Origin: Escherichia coli
GTDB taxonomy: Bacteria > Pseudomonadota > Gammaproteobacteria > Enterobacterales > Enterobacteriaceae
Assembly: GCF_044324875.1 (NCBI RefSeq)
Contig: NZ_CP172185.1
Direction: 5' to 3' (one strand)
Length of the DNA: 64,000 nucleotides
The number at the start of each line of letters is the position of its first letter. Position 1 is the stretch's first letter. Positions 44,355-53,440 of this stretch are shown in pieces. The notes below the pieces were generated by a model. It saw nothing but the letters and a program-made list of their open reading frames with translations. It searched no databases and was not told where the DNA came from. Position numbers and translations under genes: made by a program.

Positions 44355-45617
44355 ATGGCACTGACTGACGCAAAAATCCGGGCTGCAAAGCACACTGACA
44401 AGGCTTATAAACTCACTGACGGGGCTGGCATGTTCCTGCTGGTACATCCTAATGGTTCCCGTTACTGGCGTCTCCGTTATCGCATTCTGGGTAAGGAGAA
44501 AACTCTGGCACTTGGTGTATACCCGGAGGTTTCTCTCTCCGAAGCTCGTACAAAACGGGATGAGGCCCGAAAACTGATTTCGGAGGGGATTGACCCTTGC
44601 GAACAGAAAAGAGCTAAAAAAGTAGTCCCTGATTTACAACTCTCTTTTGAACATATTGCACGACGCTGGCATGCCAGTAATAAACAATGGGCACAATCAC
44701 ACAGCGATAAGGTACTCAAAAGCCTCGAAACACACGTTTTCCCCTTTATCGGCAACCGGAACATCACAACACTCAATACCCCGGACCTGCTTATCCCTGT
44801 TCGTGCTGCAGAAGCTAAACAAATTTATGAAATCGCCAGTCGTCTGCAGCAAAGAATATCTGCTGTAATGCGTTATGCCGTACAGTCTGGCATCATCAGA
44901 TATAATCCTGCTCTGGATATGGCTGGCGCATTGACCTCTGTAAAACGACAGCATCGCCCCGCTCTTGATCTTTCACGTCTGCCTGAACTTCTGTCGCGTA
45001 TTAACAGTTATAAAGGTCAGCCTGTCACCCGGCTTGCTGTTATGCTGAATTTACTGGTTTTTATTCGCTCCAGTGAACTCAGATATGCCCGCTGGGCTGA
45101 AATTGATATTGACAATTCAATGTGGACTATTCCAGCCGAACGCAAACCTCTGCCAGGGGTAAAATTCTCACACCGGGGCTCCAAGATGCGAACACCACAT
45201 CTTGTGCCACTCAGCAAACAGGCTGTAGCCATACTGACAGAACTTCAGACATGGGCTGGTGAAAATGGTCTGATCTTTACGGGAGCACATGACCCGCGTA
45301 AACCAATCAGTGAAAATACCGTAAATAAGGCCCTCAGAGTGATGGGGTATGACACAACCAAGGAAGTCTGTGGCCATGGATTCCGGGCGATGGCGTGCAG
45401 TGCATTGATTGAATCAGGTTTGTGGTCCCGCGATGCTGTGGAACGTCAGATGAGCCATCAGGAGCGTAATGGTGTACGTGCTGCGTATATCCATAAAGCA
45501 GAACATCTGGAAGAACGTCGACTGATGCTACAGTGGTGGGCAGATTTTCTGGATGCGAACAGAGATAAGGGTATCAGCCCGTTTGAATATGCAAAGATTA
45601 ACAATCCATTAAAATAG
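44355..45617 (+). CDS. P4-type tyrosine integrase
   Basis: 420-aa ORF; N-terminus MALTDAKIRAAKHTDKAYKLTDGAGMFLLVHPNGSRYWRLRYR (phage-integrase arm domain); C-terminus with HGFRAMACS and RAAYIH (R..H..R..Y catalytic signature); sits about 200 bp from the tRNA. Confidence 0.9.
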   Translation: MALTDAKIRAAKHTDKAYKLTDGAGMFLLVHPNGSRYWRLRYRILGKEKTLALGVYPEVSLSEARTKRDEARKLISEGIDPCEQKRAKKVVPDLQLSFEHIARRWHASNKQWAQSHSDKVLKSLETHVFPFIGNRNITTLNTPDLLIPVRAAEAKQIYEIASRLQQRISAVMRYAVQSGIIRYNPALDMAGALTSVKRQHRPALDLSRLPELLSRINSYKGQPVTRLAVMLNLLVFIRSSELRYARWAEIDIDNSMWTIPAERKPLPGVKFSHRGSKMRTPHLVPLSKQAVAILTELQTWAGENGLIFTGAHDPRKPISENTVNKALRVMGYDTTKEVCGHGFRAMACSALIESGLWSRDAVERQMSHQERNGVRAAYIHKAEHLEERRLMLQWWADFLDANRDKGISPFEYAKINNPLK

Positions 45618-45620
45618 TAA

Positions 45621-45650
45621 GCAGTCCGGGCTGATTGCCCGGACTGCTTT
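45621..45650 (+). terminator. Hairpin terminator after the integrase gene
   Basis: GCAGTCCGGG-CTGATTG-CCCGGACTGC stem-loop followed by TTTAACTGATTATTTTTC. Confidence 0.55.
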
Positions 45651-46068
45651 AACTGATTATTTTTCTTTGTAAATGATGACGAAGATTGATGTTCTGGCAA
45701 GTTACTCCGGCTTCCATTAAAGTCCCTTCGTCATGTTCTTCAGGCTATTTATGACTGTGATTAGCACCAGGAATATCTGGTTTCCATGAGAGCAGGTAAT
45801 AACCCCCGGTGTTTTCGGCTGTTCTGGTATCCTTGTCCAACGCAGGCAGTCATTATAAACGGTAAAAAATGTATTCACTGTTATGAAATCAATAGTCCTG
45901 ACGTACTGTTGAATGTGCTTGCGTTCTGAACCTTGTACAACCAGTACATTTGATACCGAATTATAAGCAAAACATTGCATCCAACTTTTTCAATATGGAC
46001 AATAGTTGTCCATATGGTGGTTTTATATTCGATAAATCAATGGATTTCATTGAGTCATAGGACTGGTA

Positions 46069-49000
46069 ATGGATGAAAATGCTTTAGGGTTTGCCTCATA
46101 CTGGCGCAACTCGCTTGCGGACGCTGAGTCAGGAAAGGGCAGTTTTGAACGGAAAGACGCCAAAAATTTCACTCACTGGCATGGGATAGCGGCGGGACGT
46201 CTTGACGAAGCGATTGTCAGTAAATTTTTTAAGGGAGAAAAAGACGATGTCGAAACGGTCGATGTCATCTTGCGCCCAAAAGTTTATTTCCGGTTACTGC
46301 AGCATGGTAAGGACCGTTCTGCAGGTGCGCCTGATATTGTTACCCCGATAGTGACGCCAGCCTTGCTAAGCCGTGAGGGTTTTTTATATCCGACGCCAGC
46401 GACCTCCATTCCCAGAGACCTGCTTGAACCTTTGCCAAAAGGAGCATTTTCGATTGGTGAGATTGGGCAGTATGACAAATACAAGACGACCCATACCACG
46501 TTCTCTATCAACTTTGATGACAGCGTTGATAAGACTGCCGAAACGGATGAAGAACGGGAAGAACGATATGCAGCCTTGCAGCAGGAGTGGCGTCAATATC
46601 TGGATGATTCAGAGAGGCTGCTGAAGAACGTTGCCGGCGACTGGATTAAAAATCCTGAGCAATATGAACTCGCTGAGCACGGTTATATTGTTAAAACGGC
46701 GCAATCTGGCGGTGCCAGTTTCCATATCCTTTCTCTTTATGATCACCTGCTTGTTTGCAATAAGGATGTGCCGCTCTTCAATCGATTCGCCTCGCGAGAG
46801 GTTCATGCTGCAGAGTCTTTGCTGGCCCCTGGAGCAAAATTCAGCGACAGGCTTGGACACTCCGGAGATAAGTTTCCGCTGGCAAAGGCTCAGCGCGATG
46901 CCTTAAGCCATTTTCTGGATGCTAAACATGGCGATATCCTTGCTGTTAATGGCCCTCCTGGAACCGGAAAAACCACGCTGGTGCTTTCTATCATCGCCAC
47001 GCAGTGGGCCAGAGCGGCTCTCGAAAAATCTGAGCCTCCGGTTATTATCGCGACTTCAACGAATAACCAGGCTGTAACGAACATTATTGAGGCATTCGGG
47101 AAAGACTTTTCGCAAGGTTCAGGTGCGATGGCCGGGCGATGGTTGCCAGAGCTGAAAAGCTTCGGCGCTTATTTTCCCTCAGGCAGCCGTAAAGCTGAAG
47201 CAGCCAAAAAATATCAAACTGAAGATTTCTTCAACCAGGTTGAGTCAAAAGAGTATGTAGAAGATGCACTGCTGTTTTATCTGGAAAAGGCTAAGGCAGC
47301 CTTTCCTGAAAAAGAGTGTTCATCCCCTGAAAAGGTCATTGAACTCCTGCATGGTCAGTTGGCAGCAAAATCCGAGCAACTGATAAGACTGAACGCAACA
47401 TGGCAAAAGTTAAGCCAGATTCGGGCTGCGCGTGAGCTTATTGCTAATGATATTGAGCAATATCTCAATAATTTAAATAAATTACTTTCCGGACAAGAAC
47501 AAAAAATCACTCTACTGAAGAGTGCTAAAACGGAATGGAAAAAATATCGCGCCGGTGAATCACTGATCTATTCATTATTTTCCTGGCTTCCGGCGGTTCG
47601 CAGTAAGCGACAGTACCAAATACAGCTGTTTCTCGAAGATAAATTAGGTGCGCTGATTGCAGGAAATCAATGGTCTGATCCTGAAACTATCGAACGTAAT
47701 ATTGATGGGCTGCTCAATTCCGCTGAGCGCGAGCAAACAACATACCGGCAGCAGATTGACTCCGCCCATGAAATCATTCTTAAAGAACAGCAGGCGGTTC
47801 AGGAGTGGCAGAGACTGGCTCTTGATTTAGGGTATGAGGGCGACGAGGAACTGAGCTTCTCACAGGCCGATGAACTGGCTGATACGCAGATTCGCTTCCC
47901 TGCATTTTTACTGACGACTCACTACTGGGAAGGTCGTTGGCTGATGGATATGGCCAGCATTGATGATCTGCAGGAAGAGAAGAAGAAAAAAGGCGCTAAA
48001 GGGGTAACCGCCCGTTGGCAACGTCGAATGAAACTCACTCCATGTGTGGTGATGACATGCTATATGCTGCCCGGCAATATGCAGATAAGTGAGCACAAAG
48101 GACAGCGTAAATTCGAGAAAAGTTATTTGTATGATTTTGCCGATTTACTCATTGTCGATGAAGCCGGGCAGGTGCTTCCTGAAGTGGCTGCTGCCTCGTT
48201 TGCATTAGCTAAGAAGGCATTAGTGATTGGCGATACGGAGCAGATCCCGCCAATATGGAGTATTGCTCCTGCGATTGATATCGGTAACATGCTGGCGGAA
48301 AAAATTCTGTCTGGCAGTACGCAAGAAGAGATTACCGAGAAATATACGGCAATCGCAGACCTTGGTAAAAGTGCCGCATCTGGCAGCGTTATGAAAATAG
48401 CGCAGTTTGCTTCGCGCTATCAATATGATCCCGAACTGGCTCGTGGTATGTACCTATATGAACACCGCCGGTGCTACGACAATATTATTGGATACTGTAA
48501 TACGCTCTGCTATCACGGTAAGTTGTTGCCTAAAAGAGGGCGTGAAGAGAGCAATTTAATGCCCGCAATGGGGTATCTCCATATTGATGGTAAAGGAGAG
48601 CTGGCAAGTAGTGGAAGTCGATATAATTTGCTTGAGGCTGAAACGATAGCGGTCTGGTTGGCAGAGAACCAGCAAAATATTGAAGCGCATTACGGTAAAT
48701 CGCTTCATGAAGTTGTCGGTATTGTGACGCCTTTTAGCGCTCAGGTATCCACTATCAAACAGGTGCTGGGCAAACAAGGTATCAGTACAGGCACGAATGA
48801 AAAGTCGCTCACAGTGGGCACCGTGCACTCTCTTCAGGGAGCGGAAAGAGCGATTGTGATATTCTCGCCAGTCTATTCAAAACATGAAGACGGCGGGTTT
48901 ATTGATAGCGATAACAGCATGCTGAATGTTGCAGTCTCCCGTGCGAAGGACAGTTTTCTGGTCTTCGGCGATATGGACCTGTTTGAGGTCCAGCCAGCCT

Positions 49001-49584
49001 CATCGCCACGGGGATTACTGGCAAAATACCTCTTTGAGTCAGAGAAGAATGCGCTCTCTTTTGATTATAAAGAGCGTAAGGATTTAAAAACCGCCGGGAC
49101 CAAAATCTACACACTTCATGGTGTGGAGCAACATGATAATTTCCTGAATCAGACATTTGAAAATACCAGTAAACACATCACGATAGTTTCTCCATGGCTG
49201 ACCTGGCAAAGGCTGGAGCAAACCGGTTTTCTTGATTCCATGATTGCGGCGTGTTCACGTGGAATTAACGTCACGATAGTCACTGACAGAAGCTACAACA
49301 CTGAACATAATGATTTTGAGAAGCGAAAAGAGAAGCAGCAGAACTTTAAAGCGGCGCTGGAGAAACTGAATGCGCTGGGTATTGCTACAAAGCTGGTAAA
49401 CCGTGTTCATAGCAAAATTGTTATTGGTGATGATGGTTTGCTGTGCGTGGGATCGTTCAACTGGTTTAGTGCGACACGGGAAGCGCGATATGAACGATAC
49501 GATACATCAATGGTTTATTGCGGTGATAACCTGAAGGGTGAGATTGAGGCTATTTATAATAGTCTTGAGAGGCGGCAGGTTTAG
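46069..49584 (+). CDS. Upf1-like SF1 helicase fused to a C-terminal PLD-family (single HKD) nuclease domain; candidate anti-phage defence protein with Mokosh type II-like architecture
   Basis: 1171-aa ORF. Walker [10 protein letters not shown] (aa 295-303, nt 46951-46977); Walker [10 protein letters not shown] (nt 48145-48171); helicase motifs [19 protein letters not shown] and [16 protein letters not shown] (nt 48814-48972); C-terminal HSKIVIGDD...GSFNW = H-x-K-x4-D...GSxN (nt 49408-49464). Located beside the island integrase. Confidence 0.8.
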   Translation: MDENALGFASYWRNSLADAESGKGSFERKDAKNFTHWHGIAAGRLDEAIVSKFFKGEKDDVETVDVILRPKVYFRLLQHGKDRSAGAPDIVTPIVTPALLSREGFLYPTPATSIPRDLLEPLPKGAFSIGEIGQYDKYKTTHTTFSINFDDSVDKTAETDEEREERYAALQQEWRQYLDDSERLLKNVAGDWIKNPEQYELAEHGYIVKTAQSGGASFHILSLYDHLLVCNKDVPLFNRFASREVHAAESLLAPGAKFSDRLGHSGDKFPLAKAQRDALSHFLDAKHGDILAVNGPPGTGKTTLVLSIIATQWARAALEKSEPPVIIATSTNNQAVTNIIEAFGKDFSQGSGAMAGRWLPELKSFGAYFPSGSRKAEAAKKYQTEDFFNQVESKEYVEDALLFYLEKAKAAFPEKECSSPEKVIELLHGQLAAKSEQLIRLNATWQKLSQIRAARELIANDIEQYLNNLNKLLSGQEQKITLLKSAKTEWKKYRAGESLIYSLFSWLPAVRSKRQYQIQLFLEDKLGALIAGNQWSDPETIERNIDGLLNSAEREQTTYRQQIDSAHEIILKEQQAVQEWQRLALDLGYEGDEELSFSQADELADTQIRFPAFLLTTHYWEGRWLMDMASIDDLQEEKKKKGAKGVTARWQRRMKLTPCVVMTCYMLPGNMQISEHKGQRKFEKSYLYDFADLLIVDEAGQVLPEVAAASFALAKKALVIGDTEQIPPIWSIAPAIDIGNMLAEKILSGSTQEEITEKYTAIADLGKSAASGSVMKIAQFASRYQYDPELARGMYLYEHRRCYDNIIGYCNTLCYHGKLLPKRGREESNLMPAMGYLHIDGKGELASSGSRYNLLEAETIAVWLAENQQNIEAHYGKSLHEVVGIVTPFSAQVSTIKQVLGKQGISTGTNEKSLTVGTVHSLQGAERAIVIFSPVYSKHEDGGFIDSDNSMLNVAVSRAKDSFLVFGDMDLFEVQPASSPRGLLAKYLFESEKNALSFDYKERKDLKTAGTKIYTLHGVEQHDNFLNQTFENTSKHITIVSPWLTWQRLEQTGFLDSMIAACSRGINVTIVTDRSYNTEHNDFEKRKEKQQNFKAALEKLNALGIATKLVNRVHSKIVIGDDGLLCVGSFNWFSATREARYERYDTSMVYCGDNLKGEIEAIYNSLERRQV

Positions 49585-49600
49585 AGCAGGAATGGTGAGT

Positions 49601-49637
49601 AGCCATCTTACCGATCGTTTTCGAGCGTAAGATGGCT
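49601..49637. other. 11-bp perfect inverted repeat between the convergent helicase-PLD and sulfatase-family genes
   Basis: AGCCATCTTAC ... GTAAGATGGCT with 15-nt loop; no adjacent T-run, so terminator function is uncertain. Confidence 0.35.
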
Positions 49638-49692
49638 GAATGGAATGGCTATTATTGCACAGTCCTTAATTATAACATTCATACCGACATGA

Positions 49693-51192
49693 TTATCTTC
49701 TGCCCGGAAGAATCAGAGGCTGTGGTTTCAGACTGTCTGCCGGTACATTCCTGTCTCCGTTAAAAACAATAACGGGTTCATTATCTTCGTCTGTCAGCGG
49801 ATTGAATGGCGGTATATTTTCAGTACGAATGCCGGTCAGCCACTGAAAAATACCTGCGAAATGACGGGCACTGATTTTTCTGCTGACGGACTGATGAGAC
49901 GTGATGTCACTGGCGGTAATAATCAGGGGAACGCTGTAGCCTCCTTGTATATGGCCATCATGATGAACAGGATTAGCACTGTCGCTGACCGACAGACCAT
50001 GGTCAGAAAAGTAAAGCATGGCAAAATGACGGGAGTGCCGGCGAAGGATACCATCAAGCTGACCGAGAAAGTTATCCAGTTTACTGATGCTGGCGAGGTA
50101 ACAGGCAATCTTTCGGGGATACTGCTCCAGGTAATGATTCGGCCAGGAGTTAAGTCGGTCACACGGATTCGGATGAGAGCCAATCATGTGCAGGAATATC
50201 ACCTTCGGAGAGGATTTATCCGCCAGTGCACGTTCTGTTTCCTGTAACAACAACATGTCATCCGTTTTACGGGAAGCAAAGCTGCCTTTCTTGAGGAAAA
50301 CGGTATGCTCCGCATCAGAAGCAATAACAGAGATGCGTGTATCATGCTCCCCCAGTTTTCCCTGATTGGATATCCACCATGTGCTGTATCCTGCTTTTGC
50401 TGCCAGCGCCACCACGTTGTTGCCGGAGTCAGGGTTCTGCTCATAGTCATAAATCAGTGTCCGGCTCAGGGAAGGTACGGTACTGGCTGCTGCCGATGTA
50501 TAGCCGTCAATAAATAAACCGGGAGCCGTATTCAGCCATGGTGTGGTTGGCACGGGATAGCCATATACCGACATATAATCCCTGCGCACACTCTCACCAG
50601 TAACGATAACAATCGTGTCATACAACGGTGTTCCCGGCAGGATTTTCCAGTTGTCAGCCCCGTGCTGACTCAGTTGTTTATAACGCTGCATTTCACGCAA
50701 TGTGTCAGTTGTTCCCACAACAATTCCTTTAACCATCCGCAACGGCCAGCTGTTTACAGAGCATAATACGAACAGCAGCAGTGCCAGCCAGTTACGGTGA
50801 CCGCGGTGGTGTGTCCGCCAGAAAATCACCATGAATACCAGAATCGCGGCACTGACCAGAAAATGATAAACAGGAATCATCCCGGTAAACTCTGCAGCCT
50901 CATCAGCCGTGGTCTGCAGCAACGCGACAATAAAACTGTTGTTGATTTTACCGTACGTCATACCCGCAGGCGCATACAGTGCACAACAGAACAGAAATAA
51001 CAGCGTTGTAATGGATGTGAGGGTATTTCTGTGTGCAAGGAGCAGAAGGAGAAACAGAAGCAGCACATTTCCTGTGGCATTCTTCTCAGTGTATCCGCAT
51101 GCAATTGTGGTTATCACAGAAATAACAAAAAAGAATAAAAACAATAAAATCCGGGGTGTGTCGCCCGGACAAAACAGTTTTCTGATATTCAT
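49693..51192 (-). CDS. Sulfatase-family inner-membrane protein (phosphoethanolamine-transferase-like)
   Basis: 499-aa ORF; N-terminal ~130 aa strongly hydrophobic (multiple TM helices), C-terminal domain with VTGESVRRDY and HMIGSHPNP motifs resembling EptA/OpgE/LtaS-type transferases. Confidence 0.7.
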   Translation of the reverse strand: MNIRKLFCPGDTPRILLFLFFFVISVITTIACGYTEKNATGNVLLLFLLLLLAHRNTLTSITTLLFLFCCALYAPAGMTYGKINNSFIVALLQTTADEAAEFTGMIPVYHFLVSAAILVFMVIFWRTHHRGHRNWLALLLFVLCSVNSWPLRMVKGIVVGTTDTLREMQRYKQLSQHGADNWKILPGTPLYDTIVIVTGESVRRDYMSVYGYPVPTTPWLNTAPGLFIDGYTSAAASTVPSLSRTLIYDYEQNPDSGNNVVALAAKAGYSTWWISNQGKLGEHDTRISVIASDAEHTVFLKKGSFASRKTDDMLLLQETERALADKSSPKVIFLHMIGSHPNPCDRLNSWPNHYLEQYPRKIACYLASISKLDNFLGQLDGILRRHSRHFAMLYFSDHGLSVSDSANPVHHDGHIQGGYSVPLIITASDITSHQSVSRKISARHFAGIFQWLTGIRTENIPPFNPLTDEDNEPVIVFNGDRNVPADSLKPQPLILPGRR

Positions 51193-51373
51193 CGGAGTAT
51201 ATCGACAACATTATTATGAAGAGAACAGGATAATAAAAATCAGAAATTATCTGTAAAACAGATAACAGACAACCCTGCAGCAATAGACTGCAGGGTGTTT
51301 CTGTTTAATTGCAGAAGATATACAATTATATTAATTACAGAATATTCGTGATTATCTCTCGGGAACAGTGTTG

Positions 51374-52114
51374 TCAGAAGTTATAAGTCACACCAAGCAT
51401 GATGTCATGACTTTTAACATCAACTTCTGACTTATATTTATCGCCCCACTCGTCCTTGTAACTCACACTGCTGTCACCTGCATCAAGATAGCGATAGCTG
51501 AGGTCCAGAGCGATATCCGGGGTTACGTCATAGCGGACACCCGCGCCAAGGTTCCATGCGAAGTTGTCAGCAGAGCCTGAACGTGACAACGATTCGCGAC
51601 CACTGCTTCCGTACTCATAATCCCAGGTACTGATACCGGTTGTTTTCTGGTGAATTCTGGCGTAGCCAATCCCTGCAGATATCCAAGGTGTGAATGCGCT
51701 GTCATTCCGGAAGTCATAGTACGCATTCAGCATTAGTGTGTTGACTGACACCTCATTCTTCAGGTCATCACGCCAGTAACCACCTGACCAACTGTCTTTA
51801 TCTACGTTATACTTCGAATCAGCTTTTCCACGAGCGTAAAACTCCAGTTCTGTACGAACCGGAATACTGAACTGCGGATAAAAATCATAACCAGCCGCGA
51901 TACCACCACTGAATACCGTATCATGGTCATCGCCGCCTTTATACTTTGACGTTTCTTCCTCATCTCCTGACAGGAAACGCTGGTCTGAAAGTGACACCAC
52001 AGAGGTACCGGCTTTACCGGTCAGATAAAAACCGCTTTTACCTTCCTCAGCACCTGCATTTGCTGCAAATACACAGGCTGCGGCCACCACTGAAACAGCA
52101 AAAACCTTTTTCAT
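51374..52114 (-). CDS. Outer-membrane beta-barrel protein (Opa/Ail/OmpA-like)
   Basis: 246-aa ORF with signal peptide MKKVFAVSVVAAACVFAANAGA, alternating amphipathic strands rich in Y/G/D, and C-terminal ...GVTYNF (terminal Phe typical of OM beta-barrels). Confidence 0.7.
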   Translation of the reverse strand: MKKVFAVSVVAAACVFAANAGAEEGKSGFYLTGKAGTSVVSLSDQRFLSGDEEETSKYKGGDDHDTVFSGGIAAGYDFYPQFSIPVRTELEFYARGKADSKYNVDKDSWSGGYWRDDLKNEVSVNTLMLNAYYDFRNDSAFTPWISAGIGYARIHQKTTGISTWDYEYGSSGRESLSRSGSADNFAWNLGAGVRYDVTPDIALDLSYRYLDAGDSSVSYKDEWGDKYKSEVDVKSHDIMLGVTYNF

Positions 52115-52190
52115 TTCAATTATCTCCGTTATTGCTCCGTTGCTGCAAGCAGTACTCAGTGCATTTTAAAACCCGCCATGCTATAGCCTC

Positions 52191-52235
52191 AATCGAATAA
52201 AATCGATCGAATCGATCGATGATATCGATCGTCAT
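52191..52235. repeat. ATCGA(T)-rich low-complexity tract with overlapping ATCGAT palindromes
   Basis: AATCGAATAAAATCGATCGAATCGATCGATGATATCGATCG about 80 bp upstream of the OMP start codon. Confidence 0.6.
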
Positions 52236-52601
52236 TAACCAGAAATTTTTATCGTATTCAGTCAGCACAGACACAACAAATGCATGCCATGCAGGCAGCC
52301 ATGCCCCGTCGCGACAGATGGTAGCAGTGGGCTGGCGAAGAGCAGAATTAATAAAATTTGTTTATTCTGTCAGGAGATAAGGTGTCACCTGTTCATGAAC
52401 ACAATTAAGGAAGAGACATACATGAGCTGACTGGCAGTCCAGAGTGCATGCGGTTACAAGCCGGAAAGGTGAACCGGTATAACCAGTGAGCAGAGTTTGT
52501 GAAGGGGGGATATAAAAAAGCCCACTGCATGGCTGCGGGTAAAGAGTCAGTTATTTCCGGCGTTTTTCAAGGTAGTTGTCGCCTGATGTAATAAAATTAC
52601 G

Positions 52602-52960
52602 TTATGCCGCTTCTTTTTCTGGATTCAGATAAACTGCCTGAATGAGTTCCCAGTCACGCAACTGTTTGCTCCAGCGCTCAGGATGACGCTTGCGAGCTTC
52701 GCGATAAACTTTTTTTCTGGCTTCCAGTATTTGTGCATCAATTCCGCGATGGCGTTCATCCGGAGTAACATACTTAATACCGCTGTGCTTGTGTTCCAGG
52801 TTGTACCATTACGTGAACTTGCTTAACCAACTTCTGGCTTCATCTATGGTTCGAAAACCATTCTCCGGCCACCATGAACAATACTTAATCGTCCGGAAGA
52901 GCGATTCGGAATAAAGAAGTGTTACTGGCAGTTCTTTCATCGCATCAGTGAAAACCAGCA
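52602..52960 (-). pseudogene. Transposase C-terminal remnant (DDE integrase-core type, IS3-like), interrupted by a stop codon
   Basis: Minus-strand translation ...SLFRTIKY...WPENGFRTIDEARSWLSKFT*WYNLEHKHSGIKYVTPDERHRGIDAQILEARKKVYREARKRHPERWS...; no N-terminal part present. Confidence 0.5.
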
Positions 52961-52969
52961 GGGCACTGC

Positions 52970-53391
52970 TCACCAGAGCAACACAGGAAAGTGAACCCGA
53001 ACAAAAGTTCCTGTACCATTTTCTCCCAGCAGACGTGAGGCTTGTTCCAGTGACGCTGGTATACGTCCCAGCCGGACATCAAGTGCGCCGATGGCTATTG
53101 CCTGAAATCGCATCGTACAGCAAATCACCAACAGGACACCGACAGACATTAAAGGTAACCCCCTGTAATCCAGTAGTTCCGCCAGCCAGCGGTCATTTAG
53201 GGAGTCAGAAAACCAATCGCCAGAATCGTGCCCGGAAAGGCATAACCCAGCGACGCCCCTCTCATCACACCGCGCCTGAACAGTGGCATAGCGTTGAGGA
53301 ATTCCGGGCATTCCAGACTACGAGCAGACTGACAAAAATTACGACAAAGCGTTGAAGGAAGCCAGCGCGCGGACTGACAGGACTTTACCAT
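52970..53391 (-). pseudogene. ABC-transporter permease remnant (frameshifted fragments)
   Basis: Two overlapping minus-strand ORFs with permease-type motifs (...AMPLFRRGVMRGASLGYAFPGTILAIGFL...; ...LEQASRLLGENGTGTFVRVHFPVLLW); no intact gene. Confidence 0.4.
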
Positions 53392-53440
53392 AAAAACACA
53401 GGCTAACCGCGCCTGCGTTTTTAATGACGGATAAACAGAA

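Noticed and set aside
45717-45980. 87-aa minus-strand ORF in the integrase/helicase intergenic region
   Set aside because: A/T-rich, no ribosome-binding site or motif, and it overlaps the likely promoter region of the helicase-PLD gene; more likely non-coding.
46069-49584. Alternative identities for the large helicase ORF: Gabija GajB-like UvrD helicase, RecD/TraI conjugative relaxase-helicase, or a restriction-modification subunit
   Set aside because: Motifs are Upf1/DNA2-type ([32 protein letters not shown]) and not UvrD-type; there is no relaxase Tyr motif, methyltransferase motif or partner gene; the C-terminus carries a single HKD PLD motif. The helicase-PLD fusion reading fits best.
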